Source: Chiloscyllium plagiosum
Taxonomy: Eukaryota
Reading direction: 5' to 3'
DNA: 64,000 bases
NCBI RefSeq assembly: GCF_004010195.1
Contig: NC_057751.1
Coordinates: 10,834,617-10,898,616, forward strand
Part shown: piece by piece, positions 1-12,200 of the stretch
Layout of the letters: each line of letters begins with the position of its first letter
How positions within the stretch are numbered: the first letter of the stretch is position 1
Program-made: the position numbers and the translations under genes
Notes under the pieces: model-generated
Databases searched by the model: none
Told to the model about the DNA's origin: nothing
Seen by the model: the letters and a program-made list of their open reading frames with translations, nothing else

Positions 1-177
1 CCACCTATCGCAGTCCCAACCCCCCTCCCCCAAGTCCCTCCTCCCTACCTTTTATCTTAGCCTGCTGGACACACCCTCCTCATTCCTGAAGAAGGGCTTA
101 TGCCCGAAACGTCGATTCCCCTGCTCCTTGGATGCTGCCTGACCTGTTGTGCTTTTCCAGCAATACATTTTTCAGCT
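1..177 (+). mobile_element. Penelope-like element 3' end / pseudo-LTR, truncated by the window edge
   Basis: Same terminal sequence (cctgaagaagggcttatgcccgaaacgtcg...ggatgctgcctgacctg...ttttccagca) as the RT-bearing PLE at 55873-57490. Confidence 0.8.
82..117 (+). ncRNA. Minimal type I hammerhead ribozyme-like motif in a PLE pseudo-LTR
   Basis: CTGAAGA (86-92), extra A, stem GGGC/TTAT/GCCC, GAAA, C-GTC (predicted cleavage after 113). Helix I is weak. Confidence 0.6.
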
Positions 178-286
178 CAATGGGTCAACTGGCCGACCCC
201 TGTCGCTATTTCTTGTGGTCTAGTGTTGGTCATCTTATTTAAGGATGCATTGGAAGCAGTGCAAAGTGAGTTACTTGGGCTAACAC

Positions 287-501
287 TTTGCAGATTACTG
301 GAGACAGAGTCAAAAAATGTGGTGCTGGAAAAGCACAGCAGGTTAGGCAGCATCCATGTAGCAGGAGAATCAATGTTTTTGAGCATAAACTCTTCATCGG
401 GAAAGAAGAGCTTGTGCTCGAAATGTCAATTCTCCTACACTTCGGATGCTGCCTGGCCGGCTGTGATTTTCCAGCACCACACTTTGACTCTGGGCTGACT
501 C
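287..501. mobile_element. Fold-back (inverted) PLE terminal fragment with 11-bp target-site duplication
   Basis: Inverted arms gtggtgctggaaaa... / ...ttttccagcaccac, flanked by tgggctaacac at 276-286 and 502-512. Confidence 0.75.
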
Positions 502-654
502 TGGGCTAACACCGTGTTGGTTTGTGTCCGTTGGGATTTTGAAGAAGCAACATGATTGAAATCCATAAAATATTGAGGGATCTTGATGGGATGTATGTGA
601 AAGGATGTTCGTGCTTGTATTGCAATCTCGAGTTAGGGTTCCAAGATTAATAAT

Positions 655-750
655 TAGATAGATTAGATTACTTTTTTTTTAGATTAGATTACTTACAGTG
701 TGAAAACAGGCCCTTCGGCCCAACAAGTCCACACCGACCCGCCGAAGCGC
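655..750 (-). mobile_element. 5'-truncated HE1-like SINE (3' end and TAATC-type tail)
   Basis: Reverse complement matches the 3' end of the SINE at 57644-57962. Flanked by a 51-bp direct duplication. Confidence 0.85.
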
Positions 751-1369
751 GATGTTCGTGCTTGTATTGCAATCTCGAGTTAGGGTTCCAAGATTAATAA
801 TGAGGGTCCCAATTCAAGACAGAGAAAATGTTTCCTCCTAGGGTTGTGAGTCTCTTCCTCAAAAGGCAGTGGAAGCAGTCTTTGACTATTTTTAAGTAAG
901 AACTGGACAAACTGTTGGGACACAAGGAATTGTAAGGTTTTCATGTGTACGCTAGAATGTGGAATATTGCAATTAGCAGTGATCTTCTTGAATGGCAGAG
1001 CAGACTCGAGGGGCTAAGCGTATGTTTGTATGTAGAGACATACATTGAATGTTCACAAAGAATTGTCCAACTTGAGAAAGCAAATTTATGCGTTCAGCAA
1101 TAAATAATGAAGCATATCCAGAAAGTGAGGAGAAAGTAAGCAAGTTCTGACAAATTCTGAGCTGGTTTTGACAACCCAGAGTAAAGTTTCCTTTACCAAG
1201 AATATCATGGTGAAACCAAGCAGGCCTAGCTAAAGAAAGCATTTGTTTTTGGTACTTGAAAAACTGAGTTGATGAATTGTTGACAAATAACATTTAACTG
1301 AACAAAAATATAGATGACTGAAACACTGTACAGCTGTGCACCAGGACTGAAAAGCAAAAGCTTGCACTT

Positions 1370-1790
1370 GTACAGCATTTTTTGAATGCTTAGGTTATTC
1401 CCTGTGCTTTACAGCTATCGAAGCACTTCTGACCTCATTGTTACAAGATGTATACTCCTGTATGTACAGCAAGCTTCCACAAACAGCAATTAAATAAGTG
1501 AGAAGCAAATCTGTTTCAGTGATCTTACTTGAGGAATAAAGATTTGAAATTATTGTTTGAAGAAGCTGAATTCTTGACTTCAAATCCTACCATGGGATGT
1601 TTCATGTTGACTGAAGACTAACAATGCTTCCTTCAAATAAGTTCTCAAAAAGGTGATTCCTCTGAGTACAGCACTTGCACAGTTTGATGCAGGAGTGTAA
1701 GACTAGATTATGTCTGACAGTCTCTGGAATGGAACTTGTGACTGGAAGATGACATTGCTGCCAGTGAGTGAGGAGTGAAATCACATGGCT
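1370..1790 (-). mobile_element. Old Deu-domain-like SINE copy; related decayed copies near 8880-9110 (+), 42880-43310 (-) and 43850-44330 (-)
   Basis: Recurring diverged motif set shared among these positions. Family assignment is from recalled resemblance only. Confidence 0.4.
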
Positions 1791-2084
1791 GTCTGACTAC
1801 AAATTGAGAGCTCAAATTAAAAATAGATAGGTGAAGTTGAATTGCAGAAGCTCAGCACAAACATTGAAATAAGATTATGATTTGGGGTAAATCCCAGAAG
1901 GTCATAAGTGGATTGATTTCTGAAGATTATACTTTTCTTGGAATTTGCCAAAATGCCAAAAATAGTTTTCAAAGATACAAACTCATTTGCAAAAGTCACA
2001 TGAAAGAAATGAGAGATCTGCCCAGTTCCTTTGCTTACCTGTTCAAGGACGTTGTGCATCTAAATTATGTTCTGTTTTTATCAT

Positions 2085-5000
2085 CAATCATGAGACATGA
2101 GAATCGCTGTATGGGCCAGCATTCATTTCTAGTCCCCATTTGCCCTTAGTGGTGAGCTACCTTCTTGAACCACTGCTGTCTCTGTGCTGTAGGTTGACCC
2201 TCAATGTTGTCGGGGAGGGAATTCACAGATTTTGACTCAGCGACAGTAAAGAAACAGCGATATACTTCTAAGTCAAGATGATGGTGGCTTGGGGGGTATC
2301 TTGGTGGTGTTTCCATGTATCTGCTGCCCTTGGCCTTCTGGATGGAAAGAGGGCTTGCGTTTGGAAGGTGATGTTGAAGGATCTTGGATAAATTCCTGTA
2401 GTGTATCTTGTAGATAGTGAACATTGCTGCAATTGAGCAATGGTGGGAGAGGAAGTATGTTGATGTGGTGTCAGTCAAACCCGCTACTTTGTCCTGGATG
2501 GTGTCAAGCTTCCTCAGAATTGTTGGAGCTGCACCCGTCCATGCAAGTGGGGAGCACTTCAGTCTCACAGTTGACTTGTGCATTGCAGAAGGAGAACCAG
2601 GAGGTGAGTTCCTCACTGCAGTATTCTTGGCTTCTGACCTGTTGTTGTAGCCAATGTGTTTATGTGGTGAGTCCAGTTGAGTTTCTGGTCACTGATAGCT
2701 CCAAGGATGTTGATAGTAATTAAAGCACCATCGAATGTCAAAAGGTGATGGCGAGATTGCTTCTTATTACAGATGGTCGTTGCTTGGTATTTGTATGGCA
2801 TGCATGTTACTTGCCACTTGTCAGCCCAAACCTGTATATAGTCCAGATATTGTTGCATTTCAACACAGACTGCTTCAATCCCCTAAGGAGTCGTGAGTGG
2901 TGCTGAACATGATGCAATCTTTGGCAGTCATGCCACTTCTGACCTGATGATGGTCAAAAGGTCTTTGATGAAACAGTTGAAGATGGTTGGGACAAGGATA
3001 CAACCGTGGGTAACTTGTGCAGAGATGTCCTGGAGCTGAGATGACTGGGCTCCAAAAATCACAACCATCTTCCGATGTGCCAAGTATGACTCCAACCACC
3101 TTGACATCAAGGCTGCATTTGACTGAGTGTGACATCAAGGACCCCCGATTCCCATTGATTCCAGTCTTGAGACCTTGATGTCAAGGGTAATCACTTTTAA
3201 CTCACCTCTGGAATTCAGCCCTTTTGTCCATGTTTGAATCAAAGCTGTAATGAGGTGAGGAACTGATGGGCGCTGGCAGAACCCAAACTGAGCATGACTG
3301 AGAACCTTATTGTGAAGCAACTGCTGTTGATGACACTTTTCATGACTTCATTGATGATTGAGAGTAGAGTGATGGGGCAGTAATTTACTGGGTTAGATTT
3401 GTCCAGCTTTTTGTATACAGGACATACCTGGATAATTCTCCACATTGGTGCATAGATGCCAGTGCTGTAGCTGTAGGAAGAGCTTGTCTCGGGGAGCAGC
3501 AATTCCTGGAGCACAAATATTATTACCAGCATGTTGTCAGGGTCCATAGACTTGGCCGTATCCAGTTTCTCCAATCATTTCTTGGTCTCATATGAAGTGA
3601 ATTAAATTCGCTGAAGATAGGTATCTGTAAAGCTGAGGACCACTTGAGGAGGCTGAGATGAATCACCCACTTTGCATTTAGAGTCATTGAGGTGTACAGC
3701 ACAGAAACAGACCCTTCGGTCCAGCCTGTCCATGCCGACCAGATATCCCAACCCAATCTAGTCCCACCTGCCAGCACCCGGACCAAATCCCTCCAAACCC
3801 TTCCTATTCATATACCCATCAAAATGCCTTTTAAATGTTGCAATTGTACTCGCCTCCACCACATCCTCTGGCAGCTCATTCCATTCACGTACCACTCTCT
3901 GCGTGAAAAAGTTGCCCCTTAGGTCCCTTTTATATCTTTCCCCTCTCACCCTAAACCTATGGCCTCTAGTTCTGAACTCCCCCACCCCAGGGAAAAGACT
4001 TTGTCTATTAAACCTATCCATGCCCCTCATAATTTTATAAACCTCTATAAGGTCACCCCTCGGCCTCCGACGCTTCAGGGAAAACAGCCCCAGCCTATTC
4101 AGCTTCTCCCCATAGCTCAAATCCTCCAACTCTGACAACATCCTTGTAAATCTTTTCTGAACCCTTTCAAGTTTCACAACATCTTTCCAATAGGAAGGAG
4201 ACCAGAATTGCACGCAACATTCCAACAGTGGCCTAACCAATGTCCTGTACAACCGCAACAATTTCTGGCTGAAGGTCACTGCAAATGCTTCAGTGTTATT
4301 TGTTACTCTGATGTGTTGAGGATGGGGTTATTTGTGGAGCCTCCTCCTCCTTCAGTGTGTTGTTTAACCATCCATCACCATTCAATTGGATGTGGCAGGA
4401 TGCACAGCTAAGATCTGATCCTTTGGTTGTGGGATAGCTTAGCTCTGTCTGTTACTTGCTGCTTATGCTGTTTTGTATGCAAGTAGTCATGTTTAGTCGC
4501 TTCATCCTCAGTTATGTCTAGTGCTGGTCCTGGCATGCCCTCCTGCACTCTCCATTGAACCAGGGTTGATCCCCGAGCTTGCTGGTAACAGTTGAATGAG
4601 GGATATGCTGGGCCATGAGGTTACAGATTGTGCAGGAGTACAGTTCTCCTGTTGATGGCCCAATCTTAAGTTGCTAGTTCAGTTCAAAGTCTGTCCCATT
4701 CAGCACAGAGATAGGGCTACACAACACAATGGAAAATTGTGAAGACAGGACTCTCTGCAGAAGGACTGTGCGGTGGTGACTCCTACCAATGCTTCATACA
4801 TTTGTCATTCTAATGCATTTGCAGCAGACAGATTGGTAAGGATGAGGTGAGAAGTGTTTTTCCTTCTTCTTGGTTCCCTCACCACCTGGCGCAGACCCAG
4901 TGTCACAGCTATGTCCTTTCGGAGCCAACCAGCTCAATGAGTCATGCTGCTGCCAATCCACTGTTGGTGGTGGATGTTGCTATCTCCCACCCACTGTTCA

Positions 5001-5330
5001 TTTTGAGCCTTTGTTATCCTCCGTGCCGCCTCCAAGTCTTGTTCAACATGGAGGAGTCCTGATTCAGTAGCTGAGGGAGGATGGGAACCAGCAGGAGGCT
5101 TCCGATCCATGTTTAACCTGAATCTGTGTGACTTTGTGGGGTTCGGAGTCTTTAAGTTGTGAGAACTCCTCGGGCAACTCCCTCCTGACTGTAAACCACT
5201 GTGCCATCATCTCTGCTGAGTCAGGCATACCGATGGGACAGGACATTTCCAGGGAAGGTGGTGGTGGTGCCTGGGACATTGTCTGTAAGTTATGATTCCA
5301 CGAGTATGAAAGTGTTAGGCTTAACTAGTC
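2085..5330 (-). mobile_element. Decayed non-LTR retrotransposon (CR1/L2 group), ORF2 RT fragments, interrupted by a younger CR1
   Basis: Frameshifted ORFs carry RT-type motifs: SNPVNYCPITLLSII, AQFGF, WLESYLAHRKMVV, GCILVPTIFNCFIKDL, WADKWQV, ILGAISDQKLNWTHHIN. Confidence 0.85.
3680..4259 (-). mobile_element. CR1/HER1-like LINE 3' fragment nested in the older LINE
   Basis: ORF LYRTLVRPLLECCVQFWSP...KLERVQKRFTRML...RGDLIEVYKIM...FFTQRVVREWNELP is the typical CR1 ORF2 C-terminus, followed by 3' UTR. Confidence 0.92.
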
Positions 5331-5601
5331 TGTGAGACAACTTTCCTAATTTTTGGCACTAGCTCTTAGTTGTTTATAAGAAGGACTTTGAAGGGTCAAT
5401 AGGGCTGTTTCTGCTGTTGTATTTTCCATTGAATTATGTTGTTTCATGTTGGTGTTTTGGCAAAACTTTGAGATTGAATTTTAGATTGCCATAGAACTTC
5501 AGTCCTTTATCAAGGAGGGAGTCATCAACAGCAGCAGAATTGTATTCCAGCATAACCTGTTACCTCATGGCCCAGCAGATCCCCCACTCAACCATGACCA
5601 T

Positions 5602-5698
5602 GACTCTCTTCCAGAAGGGCTTATGCCCAAAACATCGATTCTCCTGCTCCTTGGATGCTGCCTGACCTGCTGCGCTTTTCCAGCAACACATTTTTCAG
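5602..5698 (+). mobile_element. Short PLE terminal fragment with 10-bp TSD
   Basis: Matches 90-177. Flanked by ccatgaccat at 5592-5601 and 5699-5708. Confidence 0.75.
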
Positions 5699-5914
5699 CC
5701 ATGACCATCAAGCCCAGGGGTCAGCCCTGATTCAGTGGAGAGTCCAAGGAAGGAGGTTACACTGCTTGCTATTTTCTAGCTGCACAGTTGGTTTATTTAT
5801 GAGAGAAATCACTGGAGTGAACAGAATTTAGATTGCATGTCCTGTGAGGGCAGTGCTTGAATAACTGACCACTTTTAATCAGAACTTATAATTGAAGAGA
5901 ACATGTATGTGTAG

Positions 5915-6548
5915 AACCACAGGAAAGAACGAGGTTCTCAATGAATATTTCTCCTGTGTTTACCATGGAGAAAGGCATGAAGACTTGGGAACTTCGGGAA
6001 TTCATGGTGATGTCTTGGGGACAGTCCATATCACATTGGAGGAGGATTGGGATGTATTAGAATGCATAAGGGTGGATAAGGCTCCTGACCCTGATCAGAT
6101 GTATCCAACAGCACTGCAAGAGGCTAGAGAATAAATTGCAAGGGCCCTGACTGCTATTTTTGCATCAACTTTAGCCATGGATGATGTCCCAGAAGACTGG
6201 ATAGCGAATGTGCCATTATTCAAGAGGGGCTGCAGAGAAAAGCCTGGGAACTATAGGACAATAAGCTTAACATCTGTGGTGGGTAAAGTGTTTGAGAAGA
6301 TTCTGAGGGATAAGGTTTACATACAGAGAAGGTAGTATGCATATGGGAATAAGCTTCTAACAGAAGTGGTTGAGGTGGGTACATTAACAACATTTAAAAG
6401 GCATTTGGACAAGTAGATGGATAGGAAAGGTTTAGAAGGATATGGGCCAAGTGCAGAGAAATGGGATTCGCATGAATGGATATTTTGGTTGGCATGGACC
6501 AGTCAGGGCCAAGGGGCCCGTCTCCATGCTGTAGGACGCTATGATTGT
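5915..6548 (+). mobile_element. Internally deleted CR1 LINE copy
   Basis: EVLNEYFS and DKAPDPDQMYP motifs plus cctgggaactatagg...ttaacatctgtggtgggtaaa, then an abrupt jump near 6325 to the CR1 3' end. Confidence 0.8.
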
Positions 6549-7789
6549 AACTGGCACATCTGTTCATTGCTGCACCTCAGTTGGAATCAGCTCTGGCTGA
6601 AAGTGGGCAACAACATGCATTGTTTGAGTCAGATGAAGCCTCCTTCCAGACTTTTGAGTACACAGTCGAGGCTGACAGTTGAATGCAGTATCAGGGAAAT
6701 ACTGCACTGTTATGAGTTAAATGTGCTAGTTGCTGGACATGAAGTTGATCCAGAGTGAACATACCTATAGCAACTATTTTCATGAATGGACATCGGTGTC
6801 AGTTGTGATATCCAGAATGGCACAGGAAGGGGCAGACCTTATTAGCATAAATAAAGAGAAACAAATAGAATTGGTGAGGAGAGAGGGGGGAGAATAACAA
6901 GAAGGCCCAATTAATGGTTGCTTAAATGAATGTGCATGGTTTTTGGAGCAAAATAAGTGAATTAATGGCACAAATAGAAGTTAATGGGTATGGTCTTACG
7001 GCTGTTACAGAACCATAGTTATGAGGAGAACAAAACCGGGCATTTAATATTCGTGACTAAGTGTCTTTTCAAAAGGATAGCCAAGAAAGAAAGCCAGGTT
7101 ATGGGTAGGTTAGTTAGTCTGAGATGGAAAAAAATATAATACTAAGAAATAGTCCTGGATTGGAAAGCTAGTAACCATCTGGGTGGAGTTAAGAAATGAC
7201 AATGGGGAGAATTGAGTGGTGGGAGTGGTCTATCACTCCTTTACTGAAGCTATATTTTAGGACAGACTGAAAAATCAGGAGATGATCAGGTCTTGTAAGA
7301 AAGGCAGTGCAGTACATTCATCTTGAGGGATTTTAATCTTCATGGAGATTGCGAAAATCAAGTTGACAGAGATACCAGTGAGAAATTCATAGAGATTATT
7401 TGGGACAGTTTGTGGTCATAATATGTGATGAATCCAAGCAAGGTTTGGGTCAAATAATATGGAATCAGGCAGTTTTAATAAATGATGCCGGAGTGAAAGA
7501 TATTTTGGTAAAGATTGACCATAAGATGTAAAATTTAGCTTTCATTTTGAGACTTGCATCTGAAACAACTGTCTTAGACTTTGATAAGGGTAATTACATT
7601 TGATTAAGGGTGGAGTGATTGGAGGAGACTTGGAAAGGCAATGAGCAGAAAAGATAGCTGAGCATTAATAATTTTAACTACACTACCAGCAGCAATTGTG
7701 CCTTCAACTGCCTAAGTCCTCTGCTCTGCAATTTCCTTCCTAAATATCTCTACTTCTCCATCTTTCTGACCTCTTGAAAGCTAATGCAG

Positions 7790-8870
7790 ATATTTGCAGG
7801 AAATACAGTGCTAACTGAGAGAAGACAGAGAGTTGTGATAAGAGGGGCATTTTCAGGATGACAACCGGTAACCAATGATGTGCCATAGAGATCAGTGCTG
7901 GGCTCACAGTTCTTTACAACATATATTAATGACGTTGAAGAATGTGAATATACAGTAGCCTAGTTTGCAGCTAACACAACAAAAAGTGCGAAGGCAAGTA
8001 GTGAGAATGACAAAGAGTCTGCAGAGGGTTGTAGACTAATAACGTTTATGGGCAGAACTTGTCACATGGAATATAATATGGAGAAATGTGTATTCCTGCA
8101 CTTGGGCATGAAGACTAAAACAGCTGTCTATCACTTAAATGGAGAGAAACTGTAGATAGTTGCAGCACAGATGGCATTGTCTCTTTGAGATCTTTTTCAC
8201 AAGCTACCATCCAAGTTCAGCAGGTAATAGGAAAGGCAGATGGAACTTTGGCCTTCATTTCAAAGGGAATGGAGTACAAAAATGAGTACCTCTTCATAAA
8301 ATTATACAAGGCACTCTGCAGTCCATGCTTCGAATAACGTGAAGAGTTTTGGCTTCCGCATCTAAGGAAAGATACTCCGGTACTCCAGAGATTCACTAGG
8401 TTGATTCTGGGTCTGGAGGGATTTTCTGATGAGGAGTGGTTGAGTAAATTGGGTCTTTGCTTATTGGAGTTCAGCAAAATAAGAGGCAACCTTGATGAAA
8501 CCTGCACGATACTTTGAAGCATGACAGGGTCTCAAATACTGAGAGGTACTTTCCCTTTCTGCAAGAGACTAGCACCAGAGGGCATTATCTCAGAGTGAAG
8601 GATTGCACATTTAAGTCCGAGATAAGGAGGAATTTCTTCTTTCAGGATAGTGAATCTATGGAATTCTTCACCACTGAGAGCTGACAGGCTTGGCCGTTTA
8701 AATTATTCAAGGCTGAGATAGACAGATTTTGTAATCAGCATGCAATTCAAGGGTTATAGGGAAAGACGGAAAAGTGAAGTTGAAGATTATCAAATCACAT
8801 ATGATCTTATTGAATGAAGACACAATGGGCTGAATGGCCTCCTTCTGCTCCCATGTCTTATGGATGTACT
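7790..8870 (+). mobile_element. Decayed CR1 LINE 3' portion; more degraded upstream fragments at about 7230-7640
   Basis: GVP-GSVLG-like region (gtgccatagagatcagtgctggg), LYKAL, and CR1 3' UTR (gggctgaatggcctccttctgctcc). Confidence 0.75.
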
Positions 8871-9183
8871 GTCTTTCACAAGAGAACTTATATTGAGGCC
8901 CTTGCTACCTCCTCAAATGGAATATATGAAGAAGAGCAGGGCATTTTCACCAGTACCTCAACTAACTTGAGTAAAACAAATGATCTGGACACGTATCATC
9001 TCGCTGTTTTGAGAGCTTGGTGTAGACAAATTGACTTTTGCATTAAACAATGGCTGCATCTTAAAAAGTGCTGAATTGTTTCTGAGACATGTGGGAAACT
9101 GGGTTTGTGAATAGGGCTTGAAAACTATGATATGATATTTGAGTTGTATCCATTGACTGATGTTTTCCTTCTATCCCATCCAG

Positions 9184-9226
9184 GGTGCCATCCTCACCAC
9201 TATGCTAGCAACACGGAACTTTTCAG
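9184..9226 (+). CDS. CAMK2B: CaMKII exon: end of regulatory/calmodulin-binding segment (GAILTTMLATRNFS), including the inhibitory TT autophosphorylation pair
   Basis: 43-nt exon with pyrimidine tract + CAG acceptor (9181-9183) and GTAGGT donor. Translation matches the conserved CaMKII alpha/beta/delta motif. Phase 0 to phase 1. Confidence 0.96.
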
Positions 9227-12200
9227 GTAGGTTTCATTGAAATTCTTTGTTTTGAAAGTAATTTCCTTATTAATCCCATTGTGAGATGTCACTTGACATG
9301 AATTGCAGGCGTTTGATGCATTTGCCACCTCACCAGTGCATTCAACCAGCTTTATCATGGTTTGCAGATGAAGTTTGATGACAAAACAAGGAGCTGAAAA
9401 ATTTGGGAGGGGAACTTGGCTCATTTGTCGTCTGTATAACACACCAAATAATTAGTTTTTCCAAGAGATAAAAAATAGCTGCCCAGTGAAAACCCAGTGG
9501 GAAATCGTCACACATCATAGAAACTGGAATAATACAGTCAAAGTGGAAACTAAAGCTTGTTGCACTGAACATATTCCAGGTTTTTTGTCATGGGAAATTG
9601 GAAGGTGCTTCACTACTGGATAAGATAAAGGATGATATGGTGTAGTCTCAAGCCCAGTTGTGTGCCTCTCCCAACTCCTTGATATCCTTATATCAAAACC
9701 GTCAGTAACTGAGCTTGAATCAACACGAAAATGCAGTTTCCATGGAGAAGAAAATGGCACATGACAGCAACATTGATTTAACAATATTCTCCTCTTCCCT
9801 GTCTTAAGGGGTGATCTCTTGTTCTTAAACAGTGCCAACTCATTTTTGTTGTTCCCTTAATACGTGTAATGAACAGAAATCTGTCGATCTTAGACTTCAG
9901 GTTTACAATTGACCCAGCAGTAACTTCATTTGTGGAAGTGATGTCGAAACTAGTACTACCCTTGACTTGGAAAATATTTTGCTAACTTCTCCTGTAAAGT
10001 CTGTCTCTCTAACCACTAGACTCTACCCACATTCCAAGACACTTTGAATAGTTTCTCTTTAACTTTCCATCAGTTGCCTTTAACAATGTGAAAATATAAA
10101 CCAAATCGCCACTTATCCTTCTCACTTCCCTGAGGACCATCTATAGTTTGTATAATATTCTCATAATGTAACCTTTTTGAGTCCACCTTTTAGTTTGTAA
10201 ATAAATGCGAGGGATAGAGAGTTGGGAAGGTTTCAGGACAGAATTCTCGAGAATTGGCTTCAGGTAGCTGAAAGGTCTTCAAATTCTGCAAGAATTGCTT
10301 TGGCAAAAGTCGTGCACCAGTGGCCAAAAGCTGAGAAACAGACTGTTTGAGATGGGATACTGGGTTGGATGGGTATGGAAGTCATGTGGGTGAGGCATGC
10401 AAAGGAGGGAGATGAATTTCAGACCAAGTGATTGATATTCAGCAACCTAGAGGAAGTGTCTTTGTCATGTTATGAACCTGGCTAATGTTAGTACTGTATA
10501 AGTCAGATACCAGAATGAAATCTGCTTTGACAGTCAAATTTTGTTTTTTGCAAAATTAAAATGAGATTTTTCACTAAAACAGACACACAAGGTGCAGATT
10601 TGATTTGAGCTATAAAACAGATGTCAATTGCACAAAAGAAATAAAAATGAAATAAAACAAATAATGTATCTAAGCATATCTCGACAGTTGCAAAGAATTT
10701 CAAGTACACAGTGATGTAATATCTCATCCACTCTCCAACTTCAAAAAAAAGTTATTTCCCTTTCCTATCAAATTTGAAGGTTTGACTTAGGTGCTTTTTC
10801 TTTGCTTCCTTCCTGTGAGCTGTGAATTCTCATCTAACTGAGAGCTTAGACTTCCTCAGCTTTCAACTACTAATGCATTTTTAAAACCAAATGTTCCAGG
10901 TTTGTAAGTTGCACAAACAATCCTTTTTGCCTGCATTAATTAGTATGAACAATCTCTTTTTTTTGAGAAGAGACTGTACTGGCATCTACCTTTGGCCAAG
11001 TGTTCTTTGAACTGCCCAAAAACTTTTCCAATCCCTGTGTTTTTCAAAACTAAAATTAATGCTTGATTATTCTAAACCCAGCAGCAAGTTCATATCTTTT
11101 AACATCATCTTTGTCCTCTCATAAGTCCCTACAAAATAATCAAGCTTCAGGAGGACTTCTGTCATCTACTCTCTGACACATACCTGATTAAAGTCATGGT
11201 TTTAGAAAGACTGACTCATTTATTACTAACCCTTCACAAAACTCGACTGGCATCTATATGCCACACATTTGAAATCCACATTCAAGGAAAATCGTCTTAA
11301 TATCTCTGAATCATAAGCTTTTGGCCACTGTTGTCCTAGTTTATAGCTACATCCTCAGTGTACACATTTTGCTTCATGCTTCTTTTTTCTCAGTTTATAT
11401 CCTTTGTGAAGTAAATAGTCTTGCTTGATAATGTATTATTTTAAACAGTGCCATACCTCAGAATGTCAACTACTTGCATACGAATTCTTTAATTCTCTAA
11501 TTGCTTCCAGTAACGTGAAACATTTTGACCAAATGCTTCCAGAAACTCAATTTATTTTTCAACTGGATTGAAAGTCAGCTAATGGATTTTGACTTTGCTG
11601 TTGTCGCATTTGTTAACTGCTTGTCGTGTCACTGAGACTGTGTTGGCAGATCCCTGCACCAAGGGTTGCTGTGCACAACTTGATATGTTGAAAACAAATG
11701 TGCATTGATTTGAAGTCAGCTCGAAGAAGTGTAAGCCTCCCATGATATTACTGATTATGCATTATCCACCATTTCCCTTTCATGTTTCACAGCCAAGCAC
11801 TTTAAATAAATCTGAGGTTGGAAAACAGAGCAATACAGACATCAGTCATTTTCATACAGCAAAAGCAATCAAGCCTATTCAGTAAAAATGCATCATTCGA
11901 TTCATCTTGTTCCAACAGCCTGAATTCACCCTGTCTTGTTTGCTACATTTCAACCGTTTGTTCACTTTCAAAGCAATGCACACTGTAAGTCACACATAAA
12001 CCTTGGCAAAGCCACATCCTTTTACCTTTCTTTTAATGATTCATGTCTTCTCAGTTTTACTTTGTTATCTTGTAGTCTGCGTGTATATTTAGCAAGTATT
12101 AGAGATAATGCAGCTATAGCTGTTTTTTTCCCATCTCATTTATGGGATGTGGGAGTTGCTGGTAAGACGAGAACTTGTTGCCTATCCTTATCTGCTCTCA

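Larger units (their letters stand above)
180..1020 (+). mobile_element. Decayed CR1-type LINE 3' fragment hosting younger PLE and SINE insertions
   Basis: Similar to the CR1 3' region at 8250-8870 (ttggaagcagtgcaaag..., ...cagactcgaggggct). Confidence 0.55.
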
